Assembly (NCBI GenBank): GCA_963805625.1
Contig: CAWDVE010000010.1
Location: 1,760,001 to 1,824,000, forward strand
Origin: an uncultured Candidatus Rokubacteria bacterium
Lineage (GTDB): Bacteria > Methylomirabilota > Methylomirabilia > Rokubacteriales > DASRDR01
Reading direction: 5' to 3'
DNA: 64,000 nucleotides
The notes under the pieces are model-generated. The model was given only the letters and a program-made list of their open reading frames with translations, made no database searches and had not been told where the DNA came from. Shown here in pieces: positions 39,462-49,169 of this stretch. The translations under genes were made by a program, and so were the position numbers. The stretch's first letter is position 1. Every line of letters begins with the position of its first letter.

Positions 39462-39524
39462 CGTCCCTGGCCTCCAGCGCGGGCTCCTCGGAGGCCGGTT
39501 GTTTGGAAGTCAAGGCCTGACCCC
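39447..39524. repeat. REP-like palindromic element
   Basis: GGGGTCAGGCCTTGACGTCC...GGAAGTCAAGGCCTGACCCC, 19/20 inverted repeat. Confidence 0.8.
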
Positions 39525-39541
39525 CTCAAGGAGGAAGTCAC

Positions 39542-41095
39542 ATGCCGCGCCGCATCCTCACCGCCGTCCTTCTCGCCCTCGGGTGGCTCGTCGCGTTCGA
39601 CGCCACGCCGGGCGACGCCCAGGGCCCGAAGGTTCTCCGCGTCGCCACCGACACGAACCTGCCGTGGCTCGATCCCCACATGGGGACAGCCTTCACCCTC
39701 CGCGAGCTCTCTTCGCACGTCTTCGAGGGCCTGGTCACGATCGGCGAGGACTTCGGGGTCATCCCGCAACTCGCCGAGAGTTGGAGCGTCAGCGCCGACG
39801 GGACCGAGTACACCTTCAAGCTCCGTCCGGGCGTCAAGTTCCACAACGGCCGAACCGTCACGGCCGAGGACGTGAAGGCGTCCATCGACCGCTTCGTGCA
39901 GGTCGGGGCCCGGCGCGGTGACCTCGGAGCCGTCCAGACCGTCACGGCCGTCGATCCCCTCACCGTGCGGATCTCGCTGAAGCAGGCTCAGGGCTCGTTC
40001 CTCGGCGCTCTCGCCAACCCGGTCGCTCTTCTCGGGATCATGCCCAAGGAGCTCGTGCAGGGCGCCAAGGATCCCCTTCAGCCGCCCCAGCTCGTCGGAA
40101 CCGGGCCCTTCCGCCTCGCGGAGTGGGTCCGCGACCAGCAGATCACGCTCAAGCGCTTCGACGATTACACGCGGGACCGCCGGATGCCGGCGTCCGGGCT
40201 CGGCGGGGATCGGTCGGCGCTCGTGGACGAGGTGCACATCATATCCACCGGCGAGAGCGCAACTCGGTTCGCCGGGCTCGAGCGCGGCGACTTTGACTAC
40301 GCCATGGCGCTTGCACCCACGGCCTACGAACGGCTCCGGGCCTCGACGGCCCTCGACCCGATCGTGCTGAAACCCTTCACGCAGGTGATCCTACAGCTCA
40401 ACGCAGGCCGTGCGCCGTTCAACCAGGTCAAGGCCCGCCAGGCGGTCTCCCGCGGTCTCGACATGGAAACGATCATGCGGGGGGTGACGGGGAACCAGGC
40501 GGCGTTCTATCGCCTCCAGCCGAGCCTATTCTTCCCCGAGCAACGCGTGTGGCACAGCACCATAGGTCAGGACGTCTACAATCAGAAGAACCTGGATCTC
40601 GCGCGCCGGCTCCTGAAGGAGTCGGGGTACGATGGCCGACCGATCGCGTTGGTCACCAACCGCGACATCGAGTGGCTGTACCGCGCCGCGGTGCCGGTCC
40701 AGCCCCAGCTCGAGGCGATCGGGTTCAAGGTCGAGCTGGTGGTGCGGGACTGGCCCGGCCAGATTGCCCAGCAGAAGGAAGGGAACTTCGACATGGCCAC
40801 GAACGGGATCTCGACCCGGCCCGAGCCGACAGGGTTCGACTACCTCTTCCGCTGCGGGGCGTCCTACGAGACCTACGGCTACTGCGATCCGGAGATGGAC
40901 AGGGTGCTCGCGACCGGCGTGCGCGAGCGCGAGCCGGAGCGCCGCGCCCAGGCCTACACCCAGGCACAGAAGCAGTTCTACGAGAGCGTGCCGCTCGTCA
41001 AGATCGGCGATATGTTCCAGCTCGACGGCGCCACCAAGACGCTCAAGGGGTACAAGGTCTTCTTCCTGCGCCGCTTCTGGAACGTCAGCAAGTGA
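39542..41095 (+). CDS. Family 5 (peptide/nickel) ABC substrate-binding protein
   Basis: Signal peptide; LDP; YTFKLRPGVKFHNG; GTGPF. Confidence 0.9.
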   Translation: MPRRILTAVLLALGWLVAFDATPGDAQGPKVLRVATDTNLPWLDPHMGTAFTLRELSSHVFEGLVTIGEDFGVIPQLAESWSVSADGTEYTFKLRPGVKFHNGRTVTAEDVKASIDRFVQVGARRGDLGAVQTVTAVDPLTVRISLKQAQGSFLGALANPVALLGIMPKELVQGAKDPLQPPQLVGTGPFRLAEWVRDQQITLKRFDDYTRDRRMPASGLGGDRSALVDEVHIISTGESATRFAGLERGDFDYAMALAPTAYERLRASTALDPIVLKPFTQVILQLNAGRAPFNQVKARQAVSRGLDMETIMRGVTGNQAAFYRLQPSLFFPEQRVWHSTIGQDVYNQKNLDLARRLLKESGYDGRPIALVTNRDIEWLYRAAVPVQPQLEAIGFKVELVVRDWPGQIAQQKEGNFDMATNGISTRPEPTGFDYLFRCGASYETYGYCDPEMDRVLATGVREREPERRAQAYTQAQKQFYESVPLVKIGDMFQLDGATKTLKGYKVFFLRRFWNVSK

Positions 41096-41124
41096 CCGTC
41101 TGAGCGAGCCCGGGGCCCTCCGCG

Positions 41125-42069
41125 GTGGCGCGCTACGTCGCGCGGCGGATCATGCTGCTGGTCCCCGCCTGGCTGATCATGGGCGCCGCGGCGTTCGCCC
41201 TCATCCGCCTCATCCCCGGAGACCCGGCGGCGGTGCTGCTCGGGATGGAGGCGACCCCGCAAGCCGTGGCGGAGCTGCGCATCCGGCTGGGGCTGGACCA
41301 GCCGCTCCCCGTGCAGTTCGTCCTGTGGCTCTCGCGCGTCCTCCAGGGAGAGCTGGGTCGATCGTTCTTCCTGGGGCAGCCGGTTCTAGACGCGATCCTG
41401 GGCCGGCTGCCCGTGACCCTGAGCCTGACCGCCGCCGCCCTGACCTGCGCCGTCCTCATCGGGGTGCCGATCGGAGTCCGGGCCGCCACGCGCCCCAACT
41501 CTCCTACGGACCTCGGGGCGATGGCCGCCGCCGTGGTCGGCCTCTCGGTTCCCGACTTCGCGCTCGGCCTCGGGCTTGTCGTGCTGTTCGGCGTGGCCCT
41601 CCAGTGGCTGCCGGTCAGCGGGTACGTGCCGCTCTCGCGAAGCCCGGCGGGTTTCGTGCAGCACCTGATCCTCCCCGCGGTCGCCCTCGGCATGCCCCAG
41701 GGAGCGCTCATCGCCCGCATCACGCGGAGCAGCATGCTCGAGGCGCTCGGCGCGGACTACGTGCGTACCGCCCGGGCAAAGGGCCTCGCCGAGCCCGCGG
41801 TGGTCGGATGGCACGCCTTCCGGAACACGCTGATCCACGTGCTGACTGTCGTGGGAAGCGTGGCCGTCGTGCTCCTCGGGGGGGCGTTTGTGGTCGAGAC
41901 CGTGTTCAACCTGCCGGGGCTGGGCAACCTGGTGGTCATGGCGGTGAAGCGGCGCGACTATCCCCTGGTCCAGGGCTGCCTGCTGCTGATCTCCACGGTG
42001 GTCATCCTGGTCAATCTCGTCGTGGACGTGCTCTACGCCTATCTCGATCCCCAGGTCCGGTATGGCTGA
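41125..42069 (+). CDS. ABC permease (DppB-like)
   Basis: PGDPA, DYVRTARAKGL, RDYPLVQG. Confidence 0.9.
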   Translation: MARYVARRIMLLVPAWLIMGAAAFALIRLIPGDPAAVLLGMEATPQAVAELRIRLGLDQPLPVQFVLWLSRVLQGELGRSFFLGQPVLDAILGRLPVTLSLTAAALTCAVLIGVPIGVRAATRPNSPTDLGAMAAAVVGLSVPDFALGLGLVVLFGVALQWLPVSGYVPLSRSPAGFVQHLILPAVALGMPQGALIARITRSSMLEALGADYVRTARAKGLAEPAVVGWHAFRNTLIHVLTVVGSVAVVLLGGAFVVETVFNLPGLGNLVVMAVKRRDYPLVQGCLLLISTVVILVNLVVDVLYAYLDPQVRYG

Positions 42070-42934
42070 CGAAGTCCACCGGTTCGCACGCGTGGACGCG
42101 TCGTCCGGCTATGCGGTGTGGCGCCGGCTCGCGCATCACCGCCTCGCCTTGGCCGGCGGGGCGATCGTCCTCGTGGTCGCGACGCTCGCCGTCGCGCTGC
42201 CCGTCGTCGTCGCGACGGACCCCACGGCCTTGGACGTCCAGGCGACCCTGACGTCGCCATCGCGACGGCACTGGTTTGGGACGGACGACTTCGGGCGTGA
42301 CCTCTTCGCCCGCGTGGTCCACGGCATCCGTCTCTCGCTCTTGGTGGGCTCCTCGGTGCTGGCGGTGACCGTGTTGCTCGGCGCCGTGCCAGGCCTGGTC
42401 TCGGGCTTCGTGCCGCGGGCGGACGCGGTCATCATGCGCGTGATGGACGCCCTCATGGCTTTCCCCGCTATCCTGCTCGCGCTGTCCGTCATGGCGATCG
42501 CGGGACCGTCGACGATCAACGTGGTGGGCGCCCTTGGCGTGGCCTACGCGCCGCGCATGGCGCGCCTGGCGCGCGCGAGCGTCCTCGCCGTACGGAGCCG
42601 GGAGTTCGTCGACGCCGCCCGCGCGCTCGGGAACCGGCCGCTCCGGGTGCTGACGCGGCACGTCACCCCGAACGCGGCGGCGCCGATCATTGTCCAGGGC
42701 ACATTCACGGTCGGCTACGCGATCCTGGGAGAGGCTGCGCTCAGCTTCGTCGGGCTGGGCGCGGTCCCCCCGACACCGAGTCTCGGCAACATCCTGGCCG
42801 ACGCCCGCGTGTTCCTGCGCGACGCACCCTGGATGATCCTCTGTCCGGCAGCCACACTCGCGCTGCTGATCCTCGGCCTGAACCTCCTCGGCGACGGGGT
42901 CCGCGACGCGCTCGACCCGAGAACACGGATCTGA
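42062..42934 (+). CDS. ABC permease (DppC-like)
   Basis: HWFGTDDFGRD, EFVDAARALG, GDGVRDALDP. Confidence 0.9.
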   Translation: MADEVHRFARVDASSGYAVWRRLAHHRLALAGGAIVLVVATLAVALPVVVATDPTALDVQATLTSPSRRHWFGTDDFGRDLFARVVHGIRLSLLVGSSVLAVTVLLGAVPGLVSGFVPRADAVIMRVMDALMAFPAILLALSVMAIAGPSTINVVGALGVAYAPRMARLARASVLAVRSREFVDAARALGNRPLRVLTRHVTPNAAAPIIVQGTFTVGYAILGEAALSFVGLGAVPPTPSLGNILADARVFLRDAPWMILCPAATLALLILGLNLLGDGVRDALDPRTRI

Positions 42935-42937
42935 GAC

Positions 42938-43016
42938 GGGGTCAGGCCTTGGCTTCCTTTCATGCAGTTCAACCCGTACTCGCCGGTCGATTGCATGGAA
43001 GTCAGGGCCTGACCCC
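42938..43016. repeat. REP-like palindromic element, second copy
   Basis: GGGGTCAGGCCTTGGCTTCC...GGAAGTCAGGGCCTGACCCC. Confidence 0.8.
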
Positions 43017-43847
43017 GAAGAACGCGCGCGCGTTCTCGTAGAAGATCCGCCGGTAGACGTCCATCGGCAGGTCGCGGGCCCAGAGTCCCGCCCGCTCCGT
43101 CTCGTACGGGTACGGAAGGTTCGGGAAGTCGCTGCCGAAGAGGATCCGATCCCTGTAGCGGACCAGGTCGGCGTCACGCACGACCGCGGGGTCGATCGCC
43201 GTGTATGGAAGCGACGCCGGAGTCATCGCCATCGTCGTGTCGAGGTGGAGGTGCGGGAAGCGATCGAGGAGCTGGAAGGCCAGGCGGGTCTCGAACGCGC
43301 CCATGTGGCAGATCGACGCCCGCAGCGCCGGAAACTGCTCGAGCACCCGCTCGAAGCGCCCCAGGCCCGTGAACTCGTTGGTGTGAGGGCCCGTCCCCAC
43401 GTGGATCACGAGCACGCGGTCCAGCGTGACGAGGCGCTCGTAGACGGGCAGCATCCGCGGATCGTCCGGGTAGAACCGCTGGACCTGGATGTGGACCTTC
43501 AAACCCGCCAGCCCCCACGTCCCGCACGCCTCGTCCACGACCGCCCCCGGATCGTCATCCCCTGCGTGGACGGTGCCGAGCGGGATCCCGTCGGGAAATC
43601 GAGTCGCGACGTCGCGGATCCAGCGATTCAGGTCCCGGGAGATCCCCGGCCGGTGGGCGTACGAGAAGAACGCGAAGCGCTCGACGCCGGCCGCGCGGAG
43701 CGCCGCCACCACCTCGTCCGGCTCGGTGGGACCGCTAAGGTTCCAGTGAGAGTGCTCGTCGAACCACCGCCGGATCGCGGCGAAGAGCCGCGGCGGGTGC
43801 AGATGCGTGTGGGCGTCGATGTAGCGGAATCCGGAGGGCAGTTGCAT
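43002..43847 (-). CDS. Amidohydrolase_2-family metal hydrolase
   Basis: IDAHTH, GLKVH, ICHMG, ILFGSDFP. Confidence 0.88.
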   Translation of the reverse strand: MQLPSGFRYIDAHTHLHPPRLFAAIRRWFDEHSHWNLSGPTEPDEVVAALRAAGVERFAFFSYAHRPGISRDLNRWIRDVATRFPDGIPLGTVHAGDDDPGAVVDEACGTWGLAGLKVHIQVQRFYPDDPRMLPVYERLVTLDRVLVIHVGTGPHTNEFTGLGRFERVLEQFPALRASICHMGAFETRLAFQLLDRFPHLHLDTTMAMTPASLPYTAIDPAVVRDADLVRYRDRILFGSDFPNLPYPYETERAGLWARDLPMDVYRRIFYENARAFFGVRP

Positions 43848-43851
43848 CCCG

Positions 43852-44757
43852 TCAGGACCGCCGGGGACGGCGGGTCCGCCAGACAGCGGGGTGGATGACC
43901 CAGTCACCGGGCAGCCCGGACACGGCGACGCCGACCCGTACCTCTCCGGACCGGGCGAGCGCCGCCACCGCCAGCCGCACCTCGTCAGGCGGCACGCCGA
44001 AGAGGCGGGCGATCCCACGCACCGAGCCCCACGCGGCCCCGCCGAGATAGCGGCCGACCAGACGGCGAACCGCGGCCGGGCGGCCGAGGCGTCGGCCCTC
44101 CCCCACGGGGTCGGGAAGCCAGGCCTCCACCAGGTCCCAGCGGTACGAGAACGAGGGGTCGTAGCGCTCCTCCGTCTTCACCGCGAAAAGACCCTGCTGG
44201 AGCTCCGCCACCGCGCGCTCGAAGCCGCGCGTCGAGCCGGGCTCCAGCATGAGCGCCTCCGCTCGCCACTCCCGCGTGTAGAGGGGATGCCGGCGGATCA
44301 GGACGTCCATGAGCCGCTTGGCCGCGTGGGACAGGCGCCCCGCCTCGTACTCCGTGCGGTAGTCGCGGGCGCTCTGGCGGCCCCGGGCCAGGGCGTAGAA
44401 GGCGGGGAAGAGGTCGAGGGCCACGAGCACGGGCCGCCCCTTGAGGAGCTTGCCGTAGTAGACGGCGCGACGCGCGGGGAGGCTGTCCTTGAGCTCCCAG
44501 GTGAGCCCCACCCCGGCGTCGTGGTGGGAGCGACGGGGCCATCGCGGGTCGCGCCGGCCGACGACCGCCTCCCACAGGCACGCGAGCCCCTCGGGGAAGC
44601 GGTAGAAGGTGGAGCAGATCCCGACCTCTTCCACGAAGGCGATGGCGTCCCGCTCGCCCTTGACCCTGCGCGCGAGCACCCGACGGAAGGCCACGTCCCG
44701 TGCGCGCTCGAGCTCGGCGCGGACGAGTGGACGGGGAACGGCGCCCGGCGCGGCCAT
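43852..44757 (-). CDS. AlkZ/YcaQ-related winged-helix protein (putative DNA glycosylase-like)
   Basis: AIAFVEEVG, LWEAV, WELKDSLP, YYGKLLKGRP; family assigned by resemblance only. Confidence 0.55.
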   Translation of the reverse strand: MAAPGAVPRPLVRAELERARDVAFRRVLARRVKGERDAIAFVEEVGICSTFYRFPEGLACLWEAVVGRRDPRWPRRSHHDAGVGLTWELKDSLPARRAVYYGKLLKGRPVLVALDLFPAFYALARGRQSARDYRTEYEAGRLSHAAKRLMDVLIRRHPLYTREWRAEALMLEPGSTRGFERAVAELQQGLFAVKTEERYDPSFSYRWDLVEAWLPDPVGEGRRLGRPAAVRRLVGRYLGGAAWGSVRGIARLFGVPPDEVRLAVAALARSGEVRVGVAVSGLPGDWVIHPAVWRTRRPRRS

Positions 44758-44770
44758 GTTCCCGCCGGGA

Positions 44771-45664
44771 TCAGTCGAAGACGAGCCCCTGCTCGCCGAC
44801 GCGGTACTCCACGATCTCGTCGCTCATCGCGCTGCCGCGGTGCTTGGCGACGGAGACGAATCGCCCGACGCGGAGCCCGATCTTCTCGCGCCCGAGCAGG
44901 AGCACCGTGTTGGCCACCGCTCCGATGTCGCCCGCCGTCACCTTGCGCGAGACGAGATCCTCGAGCCGGGTCTCCTCAGTCGTGACCAGGAGCAGGGTCG
45001 TGATCGATCCGTGGTCGTATCGGTGTTGGTCGATGAACGCCCGGTGCTGCCACACGGGCAAGCAGATCTCCATCCCGAGCGTCTCGGCGTCCCGGTGGAT
45101 GATCTTCCGGTAGAGATCGTCCACGATGTGCGCCTGGATCGAGTCGTCGCTGTCGCGCGGCTCGATCCCGTCCACGACAACCCGCCGCGAGCCGTTCGCG
45201 AAGTGGAAGTAGAAGAACGGGCGGGCCGTGTAGAGGGCCCGCGCGTACGCCGCCTTCCAGCCCCAGTCGAACTCGCGGCCCTCGGGCGTGGCGACCTCGT
45301 AGTCGCGCCGCCGCCCGACCCAGGGAAAGGCGTCGAGGTAGTGGGCCTCCATCTCGCCCTCGGGTGGATACGGATCGCCCATCGGCATGACGGCGTGGGT
45401 CCAGCGACGGAGCGGCCAGGCATAGAGACGCTCGGCGTATGGCCCGTGCTGCTGGGAGTCCCCTCGGGCGTTCATGTCGACGACCAGCCCCGGAGGGCCG
45501 TCGGCGGCGCGCCCGTGGTGGGCGAACGTGAGCCCCAGGTGGGTCTTCCCGATTCCGGTCGCCCCGTAGACAACGGTGAGCGTTCCCGGCAGGAGACCGC
45601 CTCCGAGCATCGCATCCAGACGAGGCAGACCCGTGGAGACACGCGGACGCGCCGGCGAGGTCAC
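44771..45664 (-). CDS. KaiC/RAD55-like RecA-superfamily ATPase (single domain)
   Basis: STGLPRLDAMLGGGL, GATGIGKT, VVVDG, AKHRGS. Confidence 0.82.
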   Translation of the reverse strand: MTSPARPRVSTGLPRLDAMLGGGLLPGTLTVVYGATGIGKTHLGLTFAHHGRAADGPPGLVVDMNARGDSQQHGPYAERLYAWPLRRWTHAVMPMGDPYPPEGEMEAHYLDAFPWVGRRRDYEVATPEGREFDWGWKAAYARALYTARPFFYFHFANGSRRVVVDGIEPRDSDDSIQAHIVDDLYRKIIHRDAETLGMEICLPVWQHRAFIDQHRYDHGSITTLLLVTTEETRLEDLVSRKVTAGDIGAVANTVLLLGREKIGLRVGRFVSVAKHRGSAMSDEIVEYRVGEQGLVFD

Positions 45665-45672
45665 GAGGTCGA

Positions 45673-45701
45673 AGGATACGGACGCCTCCGGGGGCCGTCA
45701 A
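45673..45701 (-). promoter_or_regulatory. Sigma70 promoter, near-leaderless, for the KaiC-like operon
   Basis: TTGACG-N17-TATCCT ending 8 nt before the GTG start. Confidence 0.55.
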
Positions 45702-46166
45702 CCACGCGCGACCCCCGCGGGAGCGTGGGCTTCGGTCTCCGGATGGTCTCGCGCGCCCGCCCGGCGCTACACGACGAGGAGCGAAAGGGCGAGCGCCCAC
45801 AACGCGAACGCACCCGCGCACGCCGCCGCCGCGCTCACATCACGGAACGGAATCGCCCGCAGCGTCCTTGTCACCTGTTGAGTCGCGATGGGCCAAAAAA
45901 AAGACCACGGGGCATGTGTCGCAGTCGACGCGGCCTCGGACGCACTCTCGATACGGCGCCGGCCCGCGGGCGAGCTGACCCGCGGCCGCGATGCGGGAGT
46001 GCCACCACCGGCGCCGGCCCGCGCGCGAACCGCGTGCCCGGCTGTCCAAGCCTTCGTCCCCATCGCACCCGTGCCATCGCCTGTCGTCTGCCGCCGGCCA
46101 GCCATCGGGCCTCGGCGGCAGCTTCCTTCGGCGCGCGGCTGCGCGCCGTTTGCAGTGCGGGCGCGC

Positions 46167-46787
46167 TCAGAGGCCACGGACGAGCCCCACGACCTTGCCG
46201 AGGATCCTCAAGTCCTTCTCCCCTTCCCGAATGATGATGGGCCCCATGGTCGGATGCTCCGGCCGGAGGAGGACGGCATGCGCATCACGCGCGAACCTCT
46301 TGACGGTCGCCTCGCCGTCGACCAGGGCCACCACGATGTCGCCGGGCTGGGCGTGGTCCTGGCGGCGCACGAGCACGAGATCCCCCTCGACGATGTGGGC
46401 GTTGATCATGCTTTCCCCGCGCACCCGGAGTCCGAAGACGTCGTCGCCCCGGCCGCCGACCCATGCGGGATCGAGCGGCAGCACGCCGTCGCGATTCTCC
46501 TCAGCGAGGAGGGGAGCGCCGGCGGCGATGCGCCCGAGGATGGGCACTTCGTGCATCTTCGGGACCGGCACGGCCAGCGTGAGCGCCCGAGACGTCCGCC
46601 CCTCCGTGCTACGCCGGCGGAGGTAGCCCTTTCGCTCGAGCGCCCGCAGGTGATCGAAGGCCGCCCTGGGCGTGACATGGAAGCGTCCGCCGATCTCGCG
46701 CACCGTCGGCGGGACCCCGTTCGCCTCGGTGAAGCTCTGGATGAAGCCGAGCACCTCCTGCTGGCGATCGGTCAATCGTGTATCCAT
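46167..46787 (-). CDS. lexA: LexA repressor
   Basis: LTDRQ...PPTVREI wHTH; IAAG cleavage site; GESM (Ser) and ATVKR (Lys); GGAGG RBS. Confidence 0.95.
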   Translation of the reverse strand: MDTRLTDRQQEVLGFIQSFTEANGVPPTVREIGGRFHVTPRAAFDHLRALERKGYLRRRSTEGRTSRALTLAVPVPKMHEVPILGRIAAGAPLLAEENRDGVLPLDPAWVGGRGDDVFGLRVRGESMINAHIVEGDLVLVRRQDHAQPGDIVVALVDGEATVKRFARDAHAVLLRPEHPTMGPIIIREGEKDLRILGKVVGLVRGL

Positions 46788-46806
46788 GGGTGTTCCTCCA
46801 GCCAGG

Positions 46807-46836
46807 AGTGTAGTCAACACCCGTTGAGGCAGTCAA
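46807..46836 (-). promoter_or_regulatory. lexA promoter with a palindrome in the spacer
   Basis: TTGACT-N18-TACACT; TCAAC-N4-GTTGA at 46814-46827. Confidence 0.6.
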
Positions 46837-46852
46837 TCAAAAAAAGAGAGGG

Positions 46853-47377
46853 TCATGACGCGACCGCGACCTCCTTCGGATCGCACGCCGGGCAGGGCCT
46901 GAGGCCCTGCTCCCACGCGTCGGACGCGGTCTTCAGCGGGATCCGCTCGGATGCGGGGACCCGGGCCCGCCAGGCGCACTCGCGGCGGTGGAGGAGCCGC
47001 CCTCCGCGGCTGGTCCAGTACGGCTCGAGCAGGTCGTCCCCTGGCCCCTCGGCACCGCCAGCTCCCAAGCCTCCGGGTTCGGCCGCCGATACCCCGGCAC
47101 CCTGGCCGTCGACCCCGACGGCATCGCTCTCCGGAGTGCTCACCACGGGGGTCGCCGCCGCCGGTTCGGACGGGGACGGCGACGGGGGGGAGATGTCATG
47201 ATCCACGTTGATCTGAAGGTTCTGCTCGACGGTCGAGCGGAACTCGTCGCTCGCCCGGCGGAACTCACGCATCGCCCGGCCGAGCCGCCGCCCGAGGTCA
47301 GGCAGCTTGTCCGGCCCGAAGATGAGGAGGGCCAGCACCATGACGACGAGGAGCTCCTGGATGCCGATGTCGAGCAT
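46853..47377 (-). CDS. tatB: TatB/TatA-family subunit with a C-terminal Ada-type metal-binding domain
   Basis: [30 protein letters not shown]; tail LHRREC...[10 protein letters not shown]. Confidence 0.75.
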   Translation of the reverse strand: MLDIGIQELLVVMVLALLIFGPDKLPDLGRRLGRAMREFRRASDEFRSTVEQNLQINVDHDISPPSPSPSEPAAATPVVSTPESDAVGVDGQGAGVSAAEPGGLGAGGAEGPGDDLLEPYWTSRGGRLLHRRECAWRARVPASERIPLKTASDAWEQGLRPCPACDPKEVAVAS

Positions 47378-47391
47378 GGACTGGGCGAATC

Positions 47392-48291
47392 CTACACGAT
47401 GGGGCGGGCCGGTGCACCCGCCTTTCGCCCCTCGGCGTCCATCGCGCGGTGGAGGAGGATGAGCACGGCGAGCAGGAACATGTGGCTCCCGGACCACATC
47501 ACGCCGCCGCCAAACGCCTGGTCGTCCACGGGGTTCCAGTCCACCATGAGCCGCGGCGCCGCGGCGTAGGACGGGTAGAAGACCCGCTCCGACAGCCCGA
47601 GGACGGCGCCCAGGAGGGTGTTCTGGGCCGTCGCCAGGATGAGATAGCCGATGCGGGCGCCGTACATCACCCCGCTGCTGAGGCGATGGAATCGGGGCGT
47701 CGGGTTGACGATCGGCCACCAGAACAGCACGGCCGTCCCGAAGAAGGTCAGGTGCTCGAGGTCGTGCAGCATCGGGTACCGCAGCGCAGCTTCGTAGGCC
47801 ATGGGGTGGTGCCAGCCCCAGAGGGTCACCGTGTAGAGTGTGCCAGCTACCGGCATCCAGGTGAGCGTGCGGAGGACGCGTCGGACCGGGCCGGGGCGGC
47901 TCACGAGCGCGCCCACCCGGCGCCGGAGCCGGGGTGGCACGGCCCAGAGGATCATCGGGAATGGCGCCGCCAGGAGCAAGAGCGGCGGCGCGCCCATGAC
48001 CAGCAGCTGGTGCTGGATCATATGCGCGGTGAACGACAGCTCGGCCAGGAGCTCGATGGGCGAGCAGAGGGCGAGGACCACGCTCGCCAGACCAACCAGG
48101 TAGGCCGCGAGCCGCCAGCCCGGGGCGGCGCCACGGGTCCGGGGGGTGCGGTGGAGCTGCCACCAACCCCGGACGTAGAGTGCCGCGAGCGCGCCAACCA
48201 CGAGGAGAACCGTGGGCCGCCAGCTCCAGGCCCCCGCAACGCGAAAGATGAGGTCCCCCAGCCCGCTTGCAGCAACCTCCGGCGGCGGCAT
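47392..48291 (-). CDS. ctaG: CtaG (caa3-type) cytochrome c oxidase assembly factor
   Basis: [33 protein letters not shown]. Confidence 0.85.
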   Translation of the reverse strand: MPPPEVAASGLGDLIFRVAGAWSWRPTVLLVVGALAALYVRGWWQLHRTPRTRGAAPGWRLAAYLVGLASVVLALCSPIELLAELSFTAHMIQHQLLVMGAPPLLLLAAPFPMILWAVPPRLRRRVGALVSRPGPVRRVLRTLTWMPVAGTLYTVTLWGWHHPMAYEAALRYPMLHDLEHLTFFGTAVLFWWPIVNPTPRFHRLSSGVMYGARIGYLILATAQNTLLGAVLGLSERVFYPSYAAAPRLMVDWNPVDDQAFGGGVMWSGSHMFLLAVLILLHRAMDAEGRKAGAPARPIV

Positions 48292-48296
48292 CGTGG

Positions 48297-48860
48297 TCAG
48301 GCCTCCGGCCCGACGAGGAGCTGGCCGAGGTACGCGCGCGCGTCGGGGCCCACCCAGTCGCGGATCCCGACCACCGTCCCGACGACCATCCCTCGCCGGT
48401 CCACGATAAAGGTCACCGGCAGCGCGAAGACCTGGTAGCGCTCGGCCACCTGCCCCGCGCTGTCCAGCAGCATCGGGAAGGCGAGCTTGTGCTGCTGGAT
48501 GAAGGCCTCGACCTCCTGCCTCGACTCCTTGAAGTTGATGCCCACGACCGTCAGCCCGCGAGGGCCAAGCTCCCGGGCGAGCGTCTCGAGCGCCGGCATC
48601 TCCTCCCGGCACGGGGCGCACCACGTCGCCCAGAAGTTCAGCAGCACGACCCGACCGCGGAAATCACGGAGCCGGACCAGCCGGCCCGACAGGTCCGGGA
48701 GCTCCAGGTCCGAGGCCGCGGTCGGCTCGGCCGGGCGGCTCACCGGGAAGGCGGCCGGTCGGCCGGCGGGAGCGGCGCGGCCCCAGTAGGCCGCCGCCCC
48801 GACCGCGCCGCCGAGCAGCAACAGCCCGGCGGACAGCTCGAGCAGCTGGGTGCGGGTCAT
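48297..48860 (-). CDS. TlpA/ResA thiol-disulfide oxidoreductase
   Basis: N-terminal TM; [16 protein letters not shown]. Confidence 0.9.
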   Translation of the reverse strand: MTRTQLLELSAGLLLLGGAVGAAAYWGRAAPAGRPAAFPVSRPAEPTAASDLELPDLSGRLVRLRDFRGRVVLLNFWATWCAPCREEMPALETLARELGPRGLTVVGINFKESRQEVEAFIQQHKLAFPMLLDSAGQVAERYQVFALPVTFIVDRRGMVVGTVVGIRDWVGPDARAYLGQLLVGPEA

Positions 48861-49169
48861 CGGGAGTGGGGGCAATGGGGGAAGTGGGCCCGCCAACGCA
48901 TGTTCGGATGATAGACCCGCCTCGGGAGAGTCACAACGATGCGGGCCCTGCTGGCTTCCACGGGAGCGATGCGCACACACCGAACCATGCTGAAGGCCTG
49001 GGAGGGTAGAGCGAAATGGTAGTCTCCGAAACAGCATGGGCCCCCTGCTTGATCGATTCGGTCAGTCCGTCGACAAGCCCTCGATCCGAGGAACCAACCG
49101 GGGCCGAGAGCGGCTCGGAGCTCGGGTAGCCGTTGTGGTCCTACTCGGGCCGGTCATGGCCTTCGTCCG

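Noticed and set aside
44771-45664. recA or circadian kaiC
   Set aside because: It is a single KaiC-like domain without RecA signature motifs, and there is no kaiA or kaiB.
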